58,613 nucleotides of DNA, from positions 1-58,613 of the forward strand of contig CANKLV010000001.1 of NCBI GenBank assembly GCA_947483415.1. Direction: 5' to 3'. The stretch comes from Chitinophagaceae bacterium (GTDB lineage: Bacteria > Bacteroidota > Bacteroidia > Chitinophagales > Chitinophagaceae). The notes beneath the pieces are model-generated. The model was given only the letters and a program-made list of their open reading frames with translations. It was not told where the DNA came from and made no database searches. Positions 30,980-40,640 of this stretch are shown here, piece after piece (the first letter of the stretch is position 1; the number at the start of each line of letters is the position of its first letter). The position numbers and the translations under genes were made by a program.

Positions 30980-33900
30980 TTAGCTACAGCCTAAGCTATT
31001 GCCACAATTCAAACATTTATAACAAGTACCACTTCTTACGGTGATATGTCCGCAAGTGTTACACGCAGGTGCATCTGATTGCATTGATTTGTTTGCGGCA
31101 CTTACAGCATCCATAGCTGATCCGCCTTTTGTTGGGGCAATATATGGCTTCATGGAATCAGAGTTTCCTAAAACACGAACTTCGCTTAATTCTGGAGCAC
31201 GTTGGCCAATTGTTGGCGATGTTTCATCCCATGATTCATTTCCTAAGTTTCCAACTTCTGGTTTGTCTAAAACATGAACCAAATCAGTTCTGCCTAAATA
31301 TTCGTAAGCCAAAGAACGGAACATGAAGTCGATGATTGAAGTAGTTGTTTTAATATTTGGATGTTCTACCATTCCCGCTGGTTCAAATCTAGTAAATACA
31401 AATTTCTCAACATACTCTTCTAATGGAACCCCGTATTGCAATCCAATTGAAATAGCAATTGCAAAGCAGTTCAACATACTACGCATGGTTGCGCCTTCTT
31501 TTGCCATATCGATGAAGATTTCCCCTAAAGTACCATCATTGTATTCTCCTGTTCTTAAGAATAAAGCTTGGCCATTAATTTTTGCTTTTTGAGTAAATCC
31601 TCTACGTTTTGCTGGTAAAGCTCTACGCTCTACAATCATTGCCAACTGACGCTTTAGTGAAGTATCTGCGCTGCCTTGAACACGCTTATTGATTTCTTCC
31701 AACAATTCGTCAATGGTTAATTTACCCATATCAAACATTGTACTTTCTGCTGTTGCTTCTTCGCTTTCGTCTGTTGTTTTTTTCTTCTTATCTGATTTAT
31801 TGCTTAATGGTTGGCTCAATTTAGAACCATCACGATAACACGCGCATGCTTTCAAACCAAGTTCCCAACTTAAACGATATGCATCTGCAATTTCTTCTAT
31901 AGTTGCTTCATTTGGAAGGTTGATGGTTTTACTGATGGCACCACTTAAGAATGGTTGTGCGGCGGACATCATACGAATGTGACCATGTGCATGAATGTAG
32001 CGAACTCCTGTGTTTCCACATTTATTTGCACAATCAAATACCGGCAAATGTTCATCTTTTAAATGTGGTGCACCTTCTACAGTCATTGTACCGCATACAT
32101 AAATATTTGCAGCATCAATTTCTTCATCACTAAATCCTAATGCTTCTAACAAACTCCATTCAAAATCATTGTATTGAGCAGGTGTGAATCCAAGTCTTTG
32201 TAAGCAATCCTCACCTAAAGTGTACACATTGAATACAAATCCAATTTCAAATGCACTGCCCATTGCTGCATTTAATCTTTCGATTTCTGCGGGTTGGAAT
32301 CCTTTGCTAGCAAGTGTTTCATTGTTGATGAAAGGCGCTCCTTTTAAAGTAGCATGTCCTTTTGCAAAGTTTACAATTTCTTCAATTTGTGTTTCAGTGT
32401 ACTTTAAATTGCGTAATGCTTGTGGTACACTTTGATTGATGATTTTGAAATAACCACCACCACTTAATTTTTTGAATTTAACCAATGCAAAATCTGGTTC
32501 AACGCCGGTTGTATCGCAATCCATTACCAAACCGATTGTACCTGTTGGTGCAATTACAGTTGTTTGTGCATTTCTGTAACCGTATTTTTCCCCCATTTGT
32601 ACCGCATCATCCCACGCTTTTGTTGCAGCTTTTAATAAATAATCAGGGCAATATTTAGCATTAATACCATTTGGCTTTATTTCTAATCCTTCGTATGCAT
32701 CAGTAGCGTCGTATGCTGCTGCGCGATGATTACGCATAACTTTCAACATGTGCTTTTTGTTTTCTCCATACTTGCTAAAAGTACCTAAGAAAGATGCCAT
32801 CTCTGCTGATGTTTTGTATGAAATTCCAGTCATGATTGCGGTAATAGCTCCTGCAATTCCTCTTGCTTGCTCACTGTCGTAAGGAATACCACTTACCATT
32901 AACATACTTCCCAAGTTTGCATAACCCAATCCTAATGTTCTATAATCATAACTCAATTGTGCTACTTCTTTTGAAGGGAATTGAGCCATCAAAACTGAAA
33001 TTTCTAAAACTACAGTCCATAAACGACAAGTATGTTCGAAACCAGCAACATCAAATGTATTGTTGTCTTCATCAAAGAAACGACGAAGGTTAACACTAGC
33101 TAAATTACAGGCTGTGTTGTCTAAGAACATATATTCGCTACAAGGATTTGACGCTCTGATTGGTCCACCTTCTGGACAAGTATGCCATTCATTAATGGTT
33201 GTATCGTATTGTGTTCCAGGATCTGCACATTTCCAAGCAGCATAATTGATTTGATCCCAAAGTTCAGTTGCTTTAACTGTTCTCATGGTGCTTCCATCGC
33301 TTCTTGCTTTAAGTTCCCAATCGCCATTAGCATCTAAAACTTTAAAGAATGAATTTGGGATGCGTACTGAATTGTTGCTATTTTGACCACTTACTGTTTT
33401 GTATGCTTCCCCTTCGTAATCATTTGGATAACCAGCAGCAATAAGGGCTGCAACTTTATCTTCTTCTTTTAATTTCCAGGTTACAAATTCCATAATTTCA
33501 GGATGATCAAGATCTAAACAAACCATTTTCGCCGCACGTCTTGTAGTTCCTCCGCTTTTGATTGCACCTGCTGCACGATCGCCTATTTTTAAGAAACTCA
33601 TCAAGCCACTTGAAGTTCCGCCACCACTTAATTTTTCATTTTCTCCTCTAATGCTACTATAATTTGTACCAACACCACTACCATATTTAAAAATACGGGC
33701 TTCTCTTACCCACAAGTCCATTATGCCGCCTTCATTTACTAAATCATCATCAACGCTTAAAATAAAACAAGCATGAGGTTGAGGACGCTCATAAGCAGAA
33801 GTTGATTTCTTCAATTCGCCATCTTTTGCATCCACAAAATAATGACCTTGAGGTTTTCCAGTAATACCATACACTTCATGTAGGCCAGTATTAAACCATT

Positions 33901-34309
33901 GCGGACTATTTGGAACGCATGCTTGATTTAAAATGCTGTATACCAATTCGTCATAAAAAATTAGGGCATCTTTTTTTGAGGCAAAATAATCATTACGCTC
34001 TCCCCACACACGCCAGCAATGCGCCATACGATGAGCAACTTGTTTTGATGTAGTTTCTCTTCCTTTACTTCCATCTGGTTGATGAACGCCCGCTTTTCTA
34101 AAATATTTTTGCGCTAAAATATCTGTAGCAATTTGGCTCCATTGTTTTGGGACCTCTACATTGTCCATCTGGAAAACAACTTCTCCACTTGGATTTTTAA
34201 TTACTGATGTACGATAGTCGTATTCAAACATGTCGTAAGGACTAGCTCCTTCTTTGGTGAATTGTCGCTGAAAACTGAGCGCTTTTAATGTTTCTTTTTT
34301 TGCTGGCAT
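30980..34309 (-). CDS. nrdJ: Vitamin B12-dependent (class II) ribonucleotide reductase with C-terminal TSCPD and zinc-ribbon domains
   Basis: PNSPQWFN, PQPHACFI, ASNPCSEY, ACNLAS, IAPTGT, ISKTIN, YRDGSK. C-terminal CNTC..CLNC..GCS. Confidence 0.95.
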   Translation of the reverse strand: MPAKKETLKALSFQRQFTKEGASPYDMFEYDYRTSVIKNPSGEVVFQMDNVEVPKQWSQIATDILAQKYFRKAGVHQPDGSKGRETTSKQVAHRMAHCWRVWGERNDYFASKKDALIFYDELVYSILNQACVPNSPQWFNTGLHEVYGITGKPQGHYFVDAKDGELKKSTSAYERPQPHACFILSVDDDLVNEGGIMDLWVREARIFKYGSGVGTNYSSIRGENEKLSGGGTSSGLMSFLKIGDRAAGAIKSGGTTRRAAKMVCLDLDHPEIMEFVTWKLKEEDKVAALIAAGYPNDYEGEAYKTVSGQNSNNSVRIPNSFFKVLDANGDWELKARSDGSTMRTVKATELWDQINYAAWKCADPGTQYDTTINEWHTCPEGGPIRASNPCSEYMFLDNTACNLASVNLRRFFDEDNNTFDVAGFEHTCRLWTVVLEISVLMAQFPSKEVAQLSYDYRTLGLGYANLGSMLMVSGIPYDSEQARGIAGAITAIMTGISYKTSAEMASFLGTFSKYGENKKHMLKVMRNHRAAAYDATDAYEGLEIKPNGINAKYCPDYLLKAATKAWDDAVQMGEKYGYRNAQTTVIAPTGTIGLVMDCDTTGVEPDFALVKFKKLSGGGYFKIINQSVPQALRNLKYTETQIEEIVNFAKGHATLKGAPFINNETLASKGFQPAEIERLNAAMGSAFEIGFVFNVYTLGEDCLQRLGFTPAQYNDFEWSLLEALGFSDEEIDAANIYVCGTMTVEGAPHLKDEHLPVFDCANKCGNTGVRYIHAHGHIRMMSAAQPFLSGAISKTINLPNEATIEEIADAYRLSWELGLKACACYRDGSKLSQPLSNKSDKKKKTTDESEEATAESTMFDMGKLTIDELLEEINKRVQGSADTSLKRQLAMIVERRALPAKRRGFTQKAKINGQALFLRTGEYNDGTLGEIFIDMAKEGATMRSMLNCFAIAISIGLQYGVPLEEYVEKFVFTRFEPAGMVEHPNIKTTTSIIDFMFRSLAYEYLGRTDLVHVLDKPEVGNLGNESWDETSPTIGQRAPELSEVRVLGNSDSMKPYIAPTKGGSAMDAVSAANKSMQSDAPACNTCGHITVRSGTCYKCLNCGNSLGCS

Positions 34310-34412
34310 TGTTATTTAATTTGTTGTTAGTAGGTTATAAAATTTTTCCCAACAGTGGCAAACGAAAATATCTTTTGTAACCCATCTTTCCTCATCTTAA
34401 ATATTAACATGG

Positions 34413-34489
34413 TGTGGACAAAAAATGTGGACAATTCATTACTGCCTGTGCGCATTGAATTTCATGAGTTTTGCACGTTTTGTGGAAAG
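34413..34489 (-). promoter_or_regulatory. Three DnaA-box-like 9-mers upstream of nrdJ
   Basis: TGTGGACAA at 34413 and 34426, TGTGGAAAG at 34481. Each is one mismatch from the TTWTNCACA consensus and all share one orientation. Confidence 0.5.
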
Positions 34490-34595
34490 ATATTTTTTTT
34501 TATTGGCTGAAATGCGTTTAATTATTTTTGTGATTTTAATTATTAGTTTAATCATGTTTAATTTAGCTAAAATATTTTAAAAATTATCTTTCATA

Positions 34596-35048
34596 ATGCG
34601 AAGTGTAATTCAACGTGTAGCCTGGGCAAAAGTTAGTGTTGAGGGGAAACTAAAATCAGCAATATCAACAGGTCTGCTTGTACTTGTTGGTATCGAAGAT
34701 GTGGATACAACAGAGGATGCAATTTGGCTAAGCAATAAAATTGTTAACCTAAGAATTTTCAATGATGAAAATAATATTCCCAATTTGAGTGTAAAAGATA
34801 TTTCCGGTGAAATTATTTTAGTAAGTCAGTTTACCCTTCATGCGCTTACAAAAAAAGGCAATCGCCCCAGCTATATAAAAGCCAGTAAGCCAGAATATGC
34901 GATGCCATTATATCAGAAGTTGATACAATGCTTAGAAACAGACCTCGAAAGGCCAATACAAACCGGTATTTTTGGTGCAGATATGAAAGTTGAATTGTTA
35001 AATGATGGTCCAGTAACCATATGGATAGACACACAAATGAAAGCATAA
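34596..35048 (+). CDS. dtd: D-aminoacyl-tRNA deacylase
   Basis: MRSVIQRV, VSQFTL, KGNRPS, FGADM, NDGPVT. Confidence 0.96.
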   Translation: MRSVIQRVAWAKVSVEGKLKSAISTGLLVLVGIEDVDTTEDAIWLSNKIVNLRIFNDENNIPNLSVKDISGEIILVSQFTLHALTKKGNRPSYIKASKPEYAMPLYQKLIQCLETDLERPIQTGIFGADMKVELLNDGPVTIWIDTQMKA

Positions 35049-35068
35049 TTAATTAAAAAAATGTAGAA

Positions 35069-35431
35069 ATGGAAAATCAAAAAATAATAAAACAACTAAG
35101 CATTGAAGACGCTCAAAAAGAAATAGATATTTGGATAAAATCTATTGGCGTAAGATATTTTAATGAGCTTACAAATCTTGGCATTTTAATGGAAGAAGTA
35201 GGGGAACTCAGCAGGTTAATGGTTAGGAAATATGGCGAGCAGTCTTTTAAGCAATCAGACCAAGGGAAAGAGATTGAAGATGAGTTGGCCGATGTGTTGT
35301 GGGTGCTCATGTGTATAGCCAATCAAACGGGTGTAAACTTAAATGAAGCACTTCAAAAAAACTTCGAGAAAAAAACAAAAAGAGATGCGAATAGGCATGT
35401 TGAAAATGAAAAATTAAAAATGAAAAATTAG
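35069..35431 (+). CDS. MazG-like nucleotide pyrophosphohydrolase (YpjD-like)
   Basis: LMEEVGEL..ELADVL acidic motif, YGEQSFK. Confidence 0.88.
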   Translation: MENQKIIKQLSIEDAQKEIDIWIKSIGVRYFNELTNLGILMEEVGELSRLMVRKYGEQSFKQSDQGKEIEDELADVLWVLMCIANQTGVNLNEALQKNFEKKTKRDANRHVENEKLKMKN

Positions 35432-35503
35432 GTTTTTATAGCCCTTTATACCCAATATTTTTTAACTCATACAAAATAGAAATACCTTGTAAAAAATTCG
35501 ATT

Positions 35504-36871
35504 ATGAAAAAGCATTTTTTTTATCTGTTAATGATTGTTATTTTTTTGCCTTTATGGATTACAGCGCAAAACAAAAGCAAGCTTGTTAGCGGTCCATGGG
35601 CAGGCAATGTAGAATTAAGAACAGCGATGATTTGGTTGGAGGTTTCTGCGGATGTAAAAAAAGTAGCTGTTGAATATTTCGCAGCTTCCAATTTGAATAC
35701 AAAAAAACTTGTAGCATACAAAGGAGAGCTGGGTAAATCATTTAACCCTATAAAGTTGGAATTAAATGACCTTGAATTTGGAACAACTTATCAATATTCG
35801 GTTTTACTTGATGGAAAGAAAATTGATTTGCCATTTGACATCCGTTTCACCACAAAAGACCTTTGGCAATATCGTAAATCTGCACCTGATTTTAGTTTCT
35901 TAACAGGTAGTTGTGCTTACTTCAATGAAACAAAATTTGATCGACCCGGTAAGCCTTATGGTGGAGATTCTTCTATATTTGAAACAATGGCAAAAACGCC
36001 TGCTGATTTCAATATATGGTTGGGTGATAATTGGTATTACAGAGAGGTTGATTACACATCTGTTTGGGGTTTAAAAAATCGTGCTTCTCATGATAGAGCG
36101 GTTCCTATTTTACAAAAATTGATGGCCAGCATGCCTCAATATGCCATTTGGGATGATCATGATTTTGGACCAAATGATGCAGGGAGAAATTATATTTTCA
36201 AAAACGAAAGCAGAGCGATTTTTAATGATTATTGGCTTAATCCAACCAGTGGAGAAAACAAAGAAGGAATTTATACAATGATGAATTATGGGGATGTAGA
36301 TTTCTTCTTGTTGGATGACCGTTTTTTTAGATCCGATGTAAATTTGGCAGATACGATAAATGAAAAGGTAAACGAGGATAAGGCATATTTTGGAAAATTG
36401 CAATTGAATTGGTTGAAAAACAGTTTATTATTTAGTAAAGCTACTTTTAAAATTATCGTAACTGGAAACCAAGTTTTAAATCCAATAAATAATTATGAAT
36501 GTGTACAACATTATCCAAAAGAATATAATGACTTAATTGATTTTTTATCAAACCAAAAAATTAATGGAGTCGTTTTTTTAACTGGTGATAGACATCACAG
36601 TGAAGTAATTGAAATGCAACGAGCAAATGATTATCCGTTGTACGACATTACCATTTCACCGCTAACATCAGGCGTTGGAAAGGTTTCAGGAAAGGAATTG
36701 GACAATCCATTTCGAGTAGTAAATACTTTAATAGAAGCACAAAATTTTGGAAAGATTTCTTTCTTTGGTAGCAAAGGAAATCGCACTATGAAGGTTGATT
36801 TTATTGGAAAAAATGGCGAGCAATTGGGGAATTGGATTGTTGAAGAAAACAAATTAAAAAAGCGAAATTAA
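35504..36871 (+). CDS. phoD: Alkaline phosphatase D family metallophosphatase
   Basis: GSC, LGDNWY, WDDHD, LDDR and LTGDRH motifs. N-terminal signal peptide. Confidence 0.85.
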   Translation: MKKHFFYLLMIVIFLPLWITAQNKSKLVSGPWAGNVELRTAMIWLEVSADVKKVAVEYFAASNLNTKKLVAYKGELGKSFNPIKLELNDLEFGTTYQYSVLLDGKKIDLPFDIRFTTKDLWQYRKSAPDFSFLTGSCAYFNETKFDRPGKPYGGDSSIFETMAKTPADFNIWLGDNWYYREVDYTSVWGLKNRASHDRAVPILQKLMASMPQYAIWDDHDFGPNDAGRNYIFKNESRAIFNDYWLNPTSGENKEGIYTMMNYGDVDFFLLDDRFFRSDVNLADTINEKVNEDKAYFGKLQLNWLKNSLLFSKATFKIIVTGNQVLNPINNYECVQHYPKEYNDLIDFLSNQKINGVVFLTGDRHHSEVIEMQRANDYPLYDITISPLTSGVGKVSGKELDNPFRVVNTLIEAQNFGKISFFGSKGNRTMKVDFIGKNGEQLGNWIVEENKLKKRN

Positions 36872-36905
36872 AGTCAAAAACAATTAAATAATAAGCATAT
36901 TTTTT

Positions 36906-37385
36906 ATGACCTCATCCATTTTTGCATACGATAAATTAAAAACGATACAGGCATTACGTTACCATTTCATCAGTCGGAAAGAAATAAAATATTTGATGAT
37001 AATCGTAAATCTATTTGCTATTATTTCTGCAAGCTTATTCTTTTTTAAAAAAATATTGCTTTTTGCATTTTTGTTTAGCTCGTTACTTTGGTTTGTAATG
37101 ATGATATTATTTTGGTTTTTATTACCCAGAATGATTTATGCAAAATCAGCATCTTTTAAAGATAAATTTAAAGTGGAAATGAATCAAACATCGTTCTCGT
37201 TAATTCATGAAAAAGCGGACAAAAGTTGGCCTTGGAATGCATTCAATACTTGGATGGAAAGCCCACATTTTTTTCATATTTATTTTAATAGTCGTTCATT
37301 TTTTTTAATTCCGAAAGAGGCATTTGAGTCAAATGGAATTGAACATGCAAGAAAAATTTTAAGCGAGAATATTAAAAGGCAGTAA
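36906..37385 (+). CDS. YcxB-like membrane protein
   Basis: Two TM helices followed by a W.W..F....E...FF.IY....FFLIPKEAF pattern. Confidence 0.65.
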   Translation: MTSSIFAYDKLKTIQALRYHFISRKEIKYLMIIVNLFAIISASLFFFKKILLFAFLFSSLLWFVMMILFWFLLPRMIYAKSASFKDKFKVEMNQTSFSLIHEKADKSWPWNAFNTWMESPHFFHIYFNSRSFFLIPKEAFESNGIEHARKILSENIKRQ

Positions 37386-37389
37386 TCAA

Positions 37390-38349
37390 CTAAAATTGTT
37401 TTTTTAACTGAATAAAACTCCATGCTAAAAAAGGCATGAGTATAAAAACAATCATCCAATACCAGTTTCCCAAGACTGCAAATAAAATGATTGAAATAAC
37501 AAGTAAGTACAAAGGATACAGTAAGAACAATAAGCCTATTACAACAGAATCATAATGATCCAATTTTTCAAAATGTTTCCAACTTATTTTATGAACGGGA
37601 ATATATAAAGGCGCATGAACTATTTTTCCAATAAATGCAGGAATAAGCAGTATTGATTTTTTTATGGGGTGCTGTTTAATATGGAAAGTACTTTTGATTG
37701 TTTCTTTTTCATGTGATTCGATTTTAACTACTAATGATTTCAATTCTGTTTTTAATTGCTCATTAAATAATTTAATGTTCACACCTTCTGCTTCTGTTAT
37801 GTTGAAAATACTTTTTAAGATAGGAGTTCCAAAATTGAGTTGCACATTTTTTCCAAATGAATGAAACGATTGATAATTAATGCCAGCAGGGATTACAGTT
37901 AAATCGATGCCTTCATTCCATGCGCTAAAAGCCAGTCTTGCCGTACCTTTCTTTAATGCCCTCAAGTTCCATTCGTTGATGCATAATCCCTCACTAAATA
38001 TCAATACAACGCCATTCTTTTTAAATATTTCCCTGCATTTGGCAAACGTGTCATAATTGCTATTTAAATTTTCGGCACCCTCCGTGATTCTAAAAACGGG
38101 TAAGATATTTAATGAGATTAATATTTTTGCAATCCTTTTGTTTTTAAACACGTCACCTCTTGCCAAAGAATAAATTGGTTTTTTAAACAACGTAGCTAAA
38201 ATGATGGCATCCAAAAATGAATTGGGATGATTACAAGCGATTAGTGTTGGGCCATTTCTTTTAAGCACTGCTTTGTTTTGAATAGTAATGTGTCTACAAA
38301 AAAAGAGCAAAGCTAATTTAGATGGGTATTTTAAAAGTTTAAATAACAA
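37390..38349 (-). CDS. 1-acyl-sn-glycerol-3-phosphate acyltransferase family protein
   Basis: NHPNSFLD (HX4D), IFSEG, KKGTAR. C-terminal TM helices. Confidence 0.85.
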   Translation of the reverse strand: MLFKLLKYPSKLALLFFCRHITIQNKAVLKRNGPTLIACNHPNSFLDAIILATLFKKPIYSLARGDVFKNKRIAKILISLNILPVFRITEGAENLNSNYDTFAKCREIFKKNGVVLIFSEGLCINEWNLRALKKGTARLAFSAWNEGIDLTVIPAGINYQSFHSFGKNVQLNFGTPILKSIFNITEAEGVNIKLFNEQLKTELKSLVVKIESHEKETIKSTFHIKQHPIKKSILLIPAFIGKIVHAPLYIPVHKISWKHFEKLDHYDSVVIGLLFLLYPLYLLVISIILFAVLGNWYWMIVFILMPFLAWSFIQLKKQF

Positions 38350-38365
38350 CGTGTATGATTTTAAT

Positions 38366-38914
38366 TTAATTTAATTGAGGATCGATAGGGTAATTAATGA
38401 GTTGTTCAAATTCGCCACCCAAAAATTTAAGGGCATCTTTCCAAGTTTCACAAGGTTTTGATTTGAAAATAATGTCGGTATTGACTTCGGATAACAACCA
38501 AGTTTTTTCAGTTATTTCTTCAGCCAATTGCATTGGCGACCAGCCGCTGTAGCCAATAAAAAACTTGATTTTTTGCAAGTCAATTTGATTGGTATTTACC
38601 AATTCTATTATGGTTTCTATATCTCCGCCCCAAAATAAATCGGTTGATAATTTTATGCAATCTGAAATTTTTGGAAATTGATGCAGAAAATGTATCGTAT
38701 TTAAACCAACGGGTCCACCTTTAAAAACGGGAATATTTTTAATTGTAATTTTATCTAAAAGTTGATCTAAAAAATAATCAATAGGTTCATTTTGAATCAA
38801 TCCAAAACTACCATCATCATTATGTTCGCAAATGAAAATAACGGATCTTTTAAAATTCGGATCTTTAAGAAATGGATCTGCAATCAAAAAAATATTTTCA
38901 TTTAATGGAATCAT
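38366..38914 (-). CDS. YqgE/AlgH family protein
   Basis: DPNFKRSVIFICEH, GGPV, GYSGWS..QL..EI....W. Confidence 0.92.
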   Translation of the reverse strand: MIPLNENIFLIADPFLKDPNFKRSVIFICEHNDDGSFGLIQNEPIDYFLDQLLDKITIKNIPVFKGGPVGLNTIHFLHQFPKISDCIKLSTDLFWGGDIETIIELVNTNQIDLQKIKFFIGYSGWSPMQLAEEITEKTWLLSEVNTDIIFKSKPCETWKDALKFLGGEFEQLINYPIDPQLN

Positions 38915-39057
38915 TCCTCTAAAATATTTAAAATAAATAAAAACTACTCAATTAATTTATGCTTTAAACTAAAAAACCGAAATTCATTAAAATTGTAAAG
39001 CAAGGTTAAAAAAAAATTCTAAACATTCTAAACAACTTAAAACCATTTTTTCTACAT

Positions 39058-39065
39058 TAAATTTG
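39058..39065 (+). promoter_or_regulatory. Bacteroidota -7 promoter element for the histidine kinase
   Basis: TAAATTTG, 47 nt upstream of the ATG. Confidence 0.5.
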
Positions 39066-39112
39066 TACAAGTAAAAATTCGTAAAAAATATTTAGCGAAG
39101 TAAAAAAATCTG

Positions 39113-40435
39113 ATGAAAAAAATTTTCCCCATTATTATCATATTAATTTCTTTGTCTTTAATAGGATTAATTTATTTTCAATTTACATGGTTGACCACTG
39201 CAAAAGCAACTGAAGAGAAACAATTAAAAGAGAACATATTTTTTGCTGCAAATGAAGCTGCAGAGCAATTGATGAATGAGAAATCGAATTTTAAATCATT
39301 CAATAAAATAACTGAAAAATTAATTCCAAATGAAAAAAAGCGACTTGAAATTTTCAGACCATCTGTAATGCAACGTTACTCAAAAGACGAGATTCAAGCC
39401 ATCATTAGAAACTCCATGGATAAACATTTTTTAAAAGGAGTTTCGTTTGAGTTTGCAGTTTCTGACAATAGTTTAACTGGAGAACAAGTTCAAAGCGATC
39501 AATTTTTCAAGTACTATTTAGATTCTGTAAGCAATACCAATTTTGCCATTCCGCTACAACCCGCGCCAGGAACAGAATTTGAAAACTTAACGGATGAAGA
39601 ATATTTGGTTATCATCGTACCCAATCAAGAAGATATTATTTTTAGAGAAATCATTTGGTTTATAATCGGTACCATTTTGTTTTCAATCATTATAACAACA
39701 GCATTTTTTATAACCATCAGGGCTTTGCTCAATCAGAAAAAACTAATTGAAATTAAATCTGATTTTATCAATAACATGACGCATGAATTCAAAACGCCGA
39801 TTGCTACTATTTCGTTGGCGGTAGATGCACTAAAAAACGAAAAGGTAATACACGACAAAGAAAAATCTGCCTATTTTAACAACATCATCAAAGAAGAAAA
39901 TAAAAGAATGAATAAGCAGGTAGAAGCGATTTTACAAGCCGCACTATTAGACAAAAAAGAAATTGATATTCACTCCCAAAAAGCAAATGCGCATGATTTG
40001 ATTCAACAAGCCATTAACAATATTGAGTTGCCCTTAGCTGAAAAACAGGGTAAACTAATCGTTGCTTTCAACGCCAAAAATGATCTGCTTCTATTGGATG
40101 AAGTACATTTTATAAACTTGATAAATAATTTGTTAGATAATGCCATAAAATATTCAAAAGAAACAGATTTGGAAATAAGTATAACCACAGAAAACCATTT
40201 CAATCAGTTTAGAATTAGCATTTCAGACAATGGAATTGGTATGAATAAAGAAACTTCTAGTCGCATATTTGAGAAATTTTACCGGGCTCATACGGGAAAT
40301 ATCCATAATGTAAAAGGCTTCGGATTAGGGCTTAGCTATGTAAAAGCAATGGTTGAGGCACAAAAAGGGAGTATAAAAGTTGACAGTTTAATAGATAAAG
40401 GAACCACCTTCACCCTTAGTTTTCCTCTTATATAA
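39113..40435 (+). CDS. Membrane sensor histidine kinase (RprX-like)
   Basis: Two TMs, H-box FINNMTHEFKTP, N-box NLLDNAIKYS, DNGIG, FEKFYR, GFGLGL. Confidence 0.92.
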   Translation: MKKIFPIIIILISLSLIGLIYFQFTWLTTAKATEEKQLKENIFFAANEAAEQLMNEKSNFKSFNKITEKLIPNEKKRLEIFRPSVMQRYSKDEIQAIIRNSMDKHFLKGVSFEFAVSDNSLTGEQVQSDQFFKYYLDSVSNTNFAIPLQPAPGTEFENLTDEEYLVIIVPNQEDIIFREIIWFIIGTILFSIIITTAFFITIRALLNQKKLIEIKSDFINNMTHEFKTPIATISLAVDALKNEKVIHDKEKSAYFNNIIKEENKRMNKQVEAILQAALLDKKEIDIHSQKANAHDLIQQAINNIELPLAEKQGKLIVAFNAKNDLLLLDEVHFINLINNLLDNAIKYSKETDLEISITTENHFNQFRISISDNGIGMNKETSSRIFEKFYRAHTGNIHNVKGFGLGLSYVKAMVEAQKGSIKVDSLIDKGTTFTLSFPLI

Positions 40436-40442
40436 AATAAAG

Positions 40443-40555
40443 TTATCCACATCTATCCACATTAACGCACAATGATTATCGCATAAATAGTAGTTTTTAC
40501 CTTATAATTTGGGTAAAAAACGCTGTAAATATGTGGGTTATATCATTGTGGATAA
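40443..40555. promoter_or_regulatory. DnaA-box cluster upstream of mraZ
   Basis: Perfect TTATCCACA (40443) and TGTGGATAA (40547). Also CTATCCACA (40453) and degenerate TAACGCACA (40463) and TGTGGGTTA (40532). Confidence 0.65.
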
Positions 40556-40580
40556 ATGTCTAATATCTTTTTAATGTAAA

Positions 40581-40610
40581 AAAGTGGGAAAAAGTGTTAT
40601 TTTGTGTTGA
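40581..40610 (+). promoter_or_regulatory. Putative MraZ-binding direct repeats
   Basis: AAAGTGGGAA AAAGTGTTAT TTTGTGTTGA, with GTG at 10-bp pitch 30 nt upstream of mraZ. Confidence 0.55.
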
Positions 40611-40640
40611 AATTAATTTTTAACAACACAATTTCCTATC

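Noticed and set aside
30980-34309. Intein or intron in the 1109-aa NrdJ
   Set aside because: Catalytic motifs (NPCSE, ACNLAS, IAPTGT) are uninterrupted. No C..HN splice junction or LAGLIDADG motif was seen, and the length is explained by the TSCPD/zinc-ribbon C-terminus.
40436-40640. Calling this interval oriC outright
   Set aside because: No clear DUE or extended DnaA-trio run, no typical origin-flanking genes, and no switch in gene orientation. It cannot be excluded without genome-wide skew, so it is kept only as an alternative.
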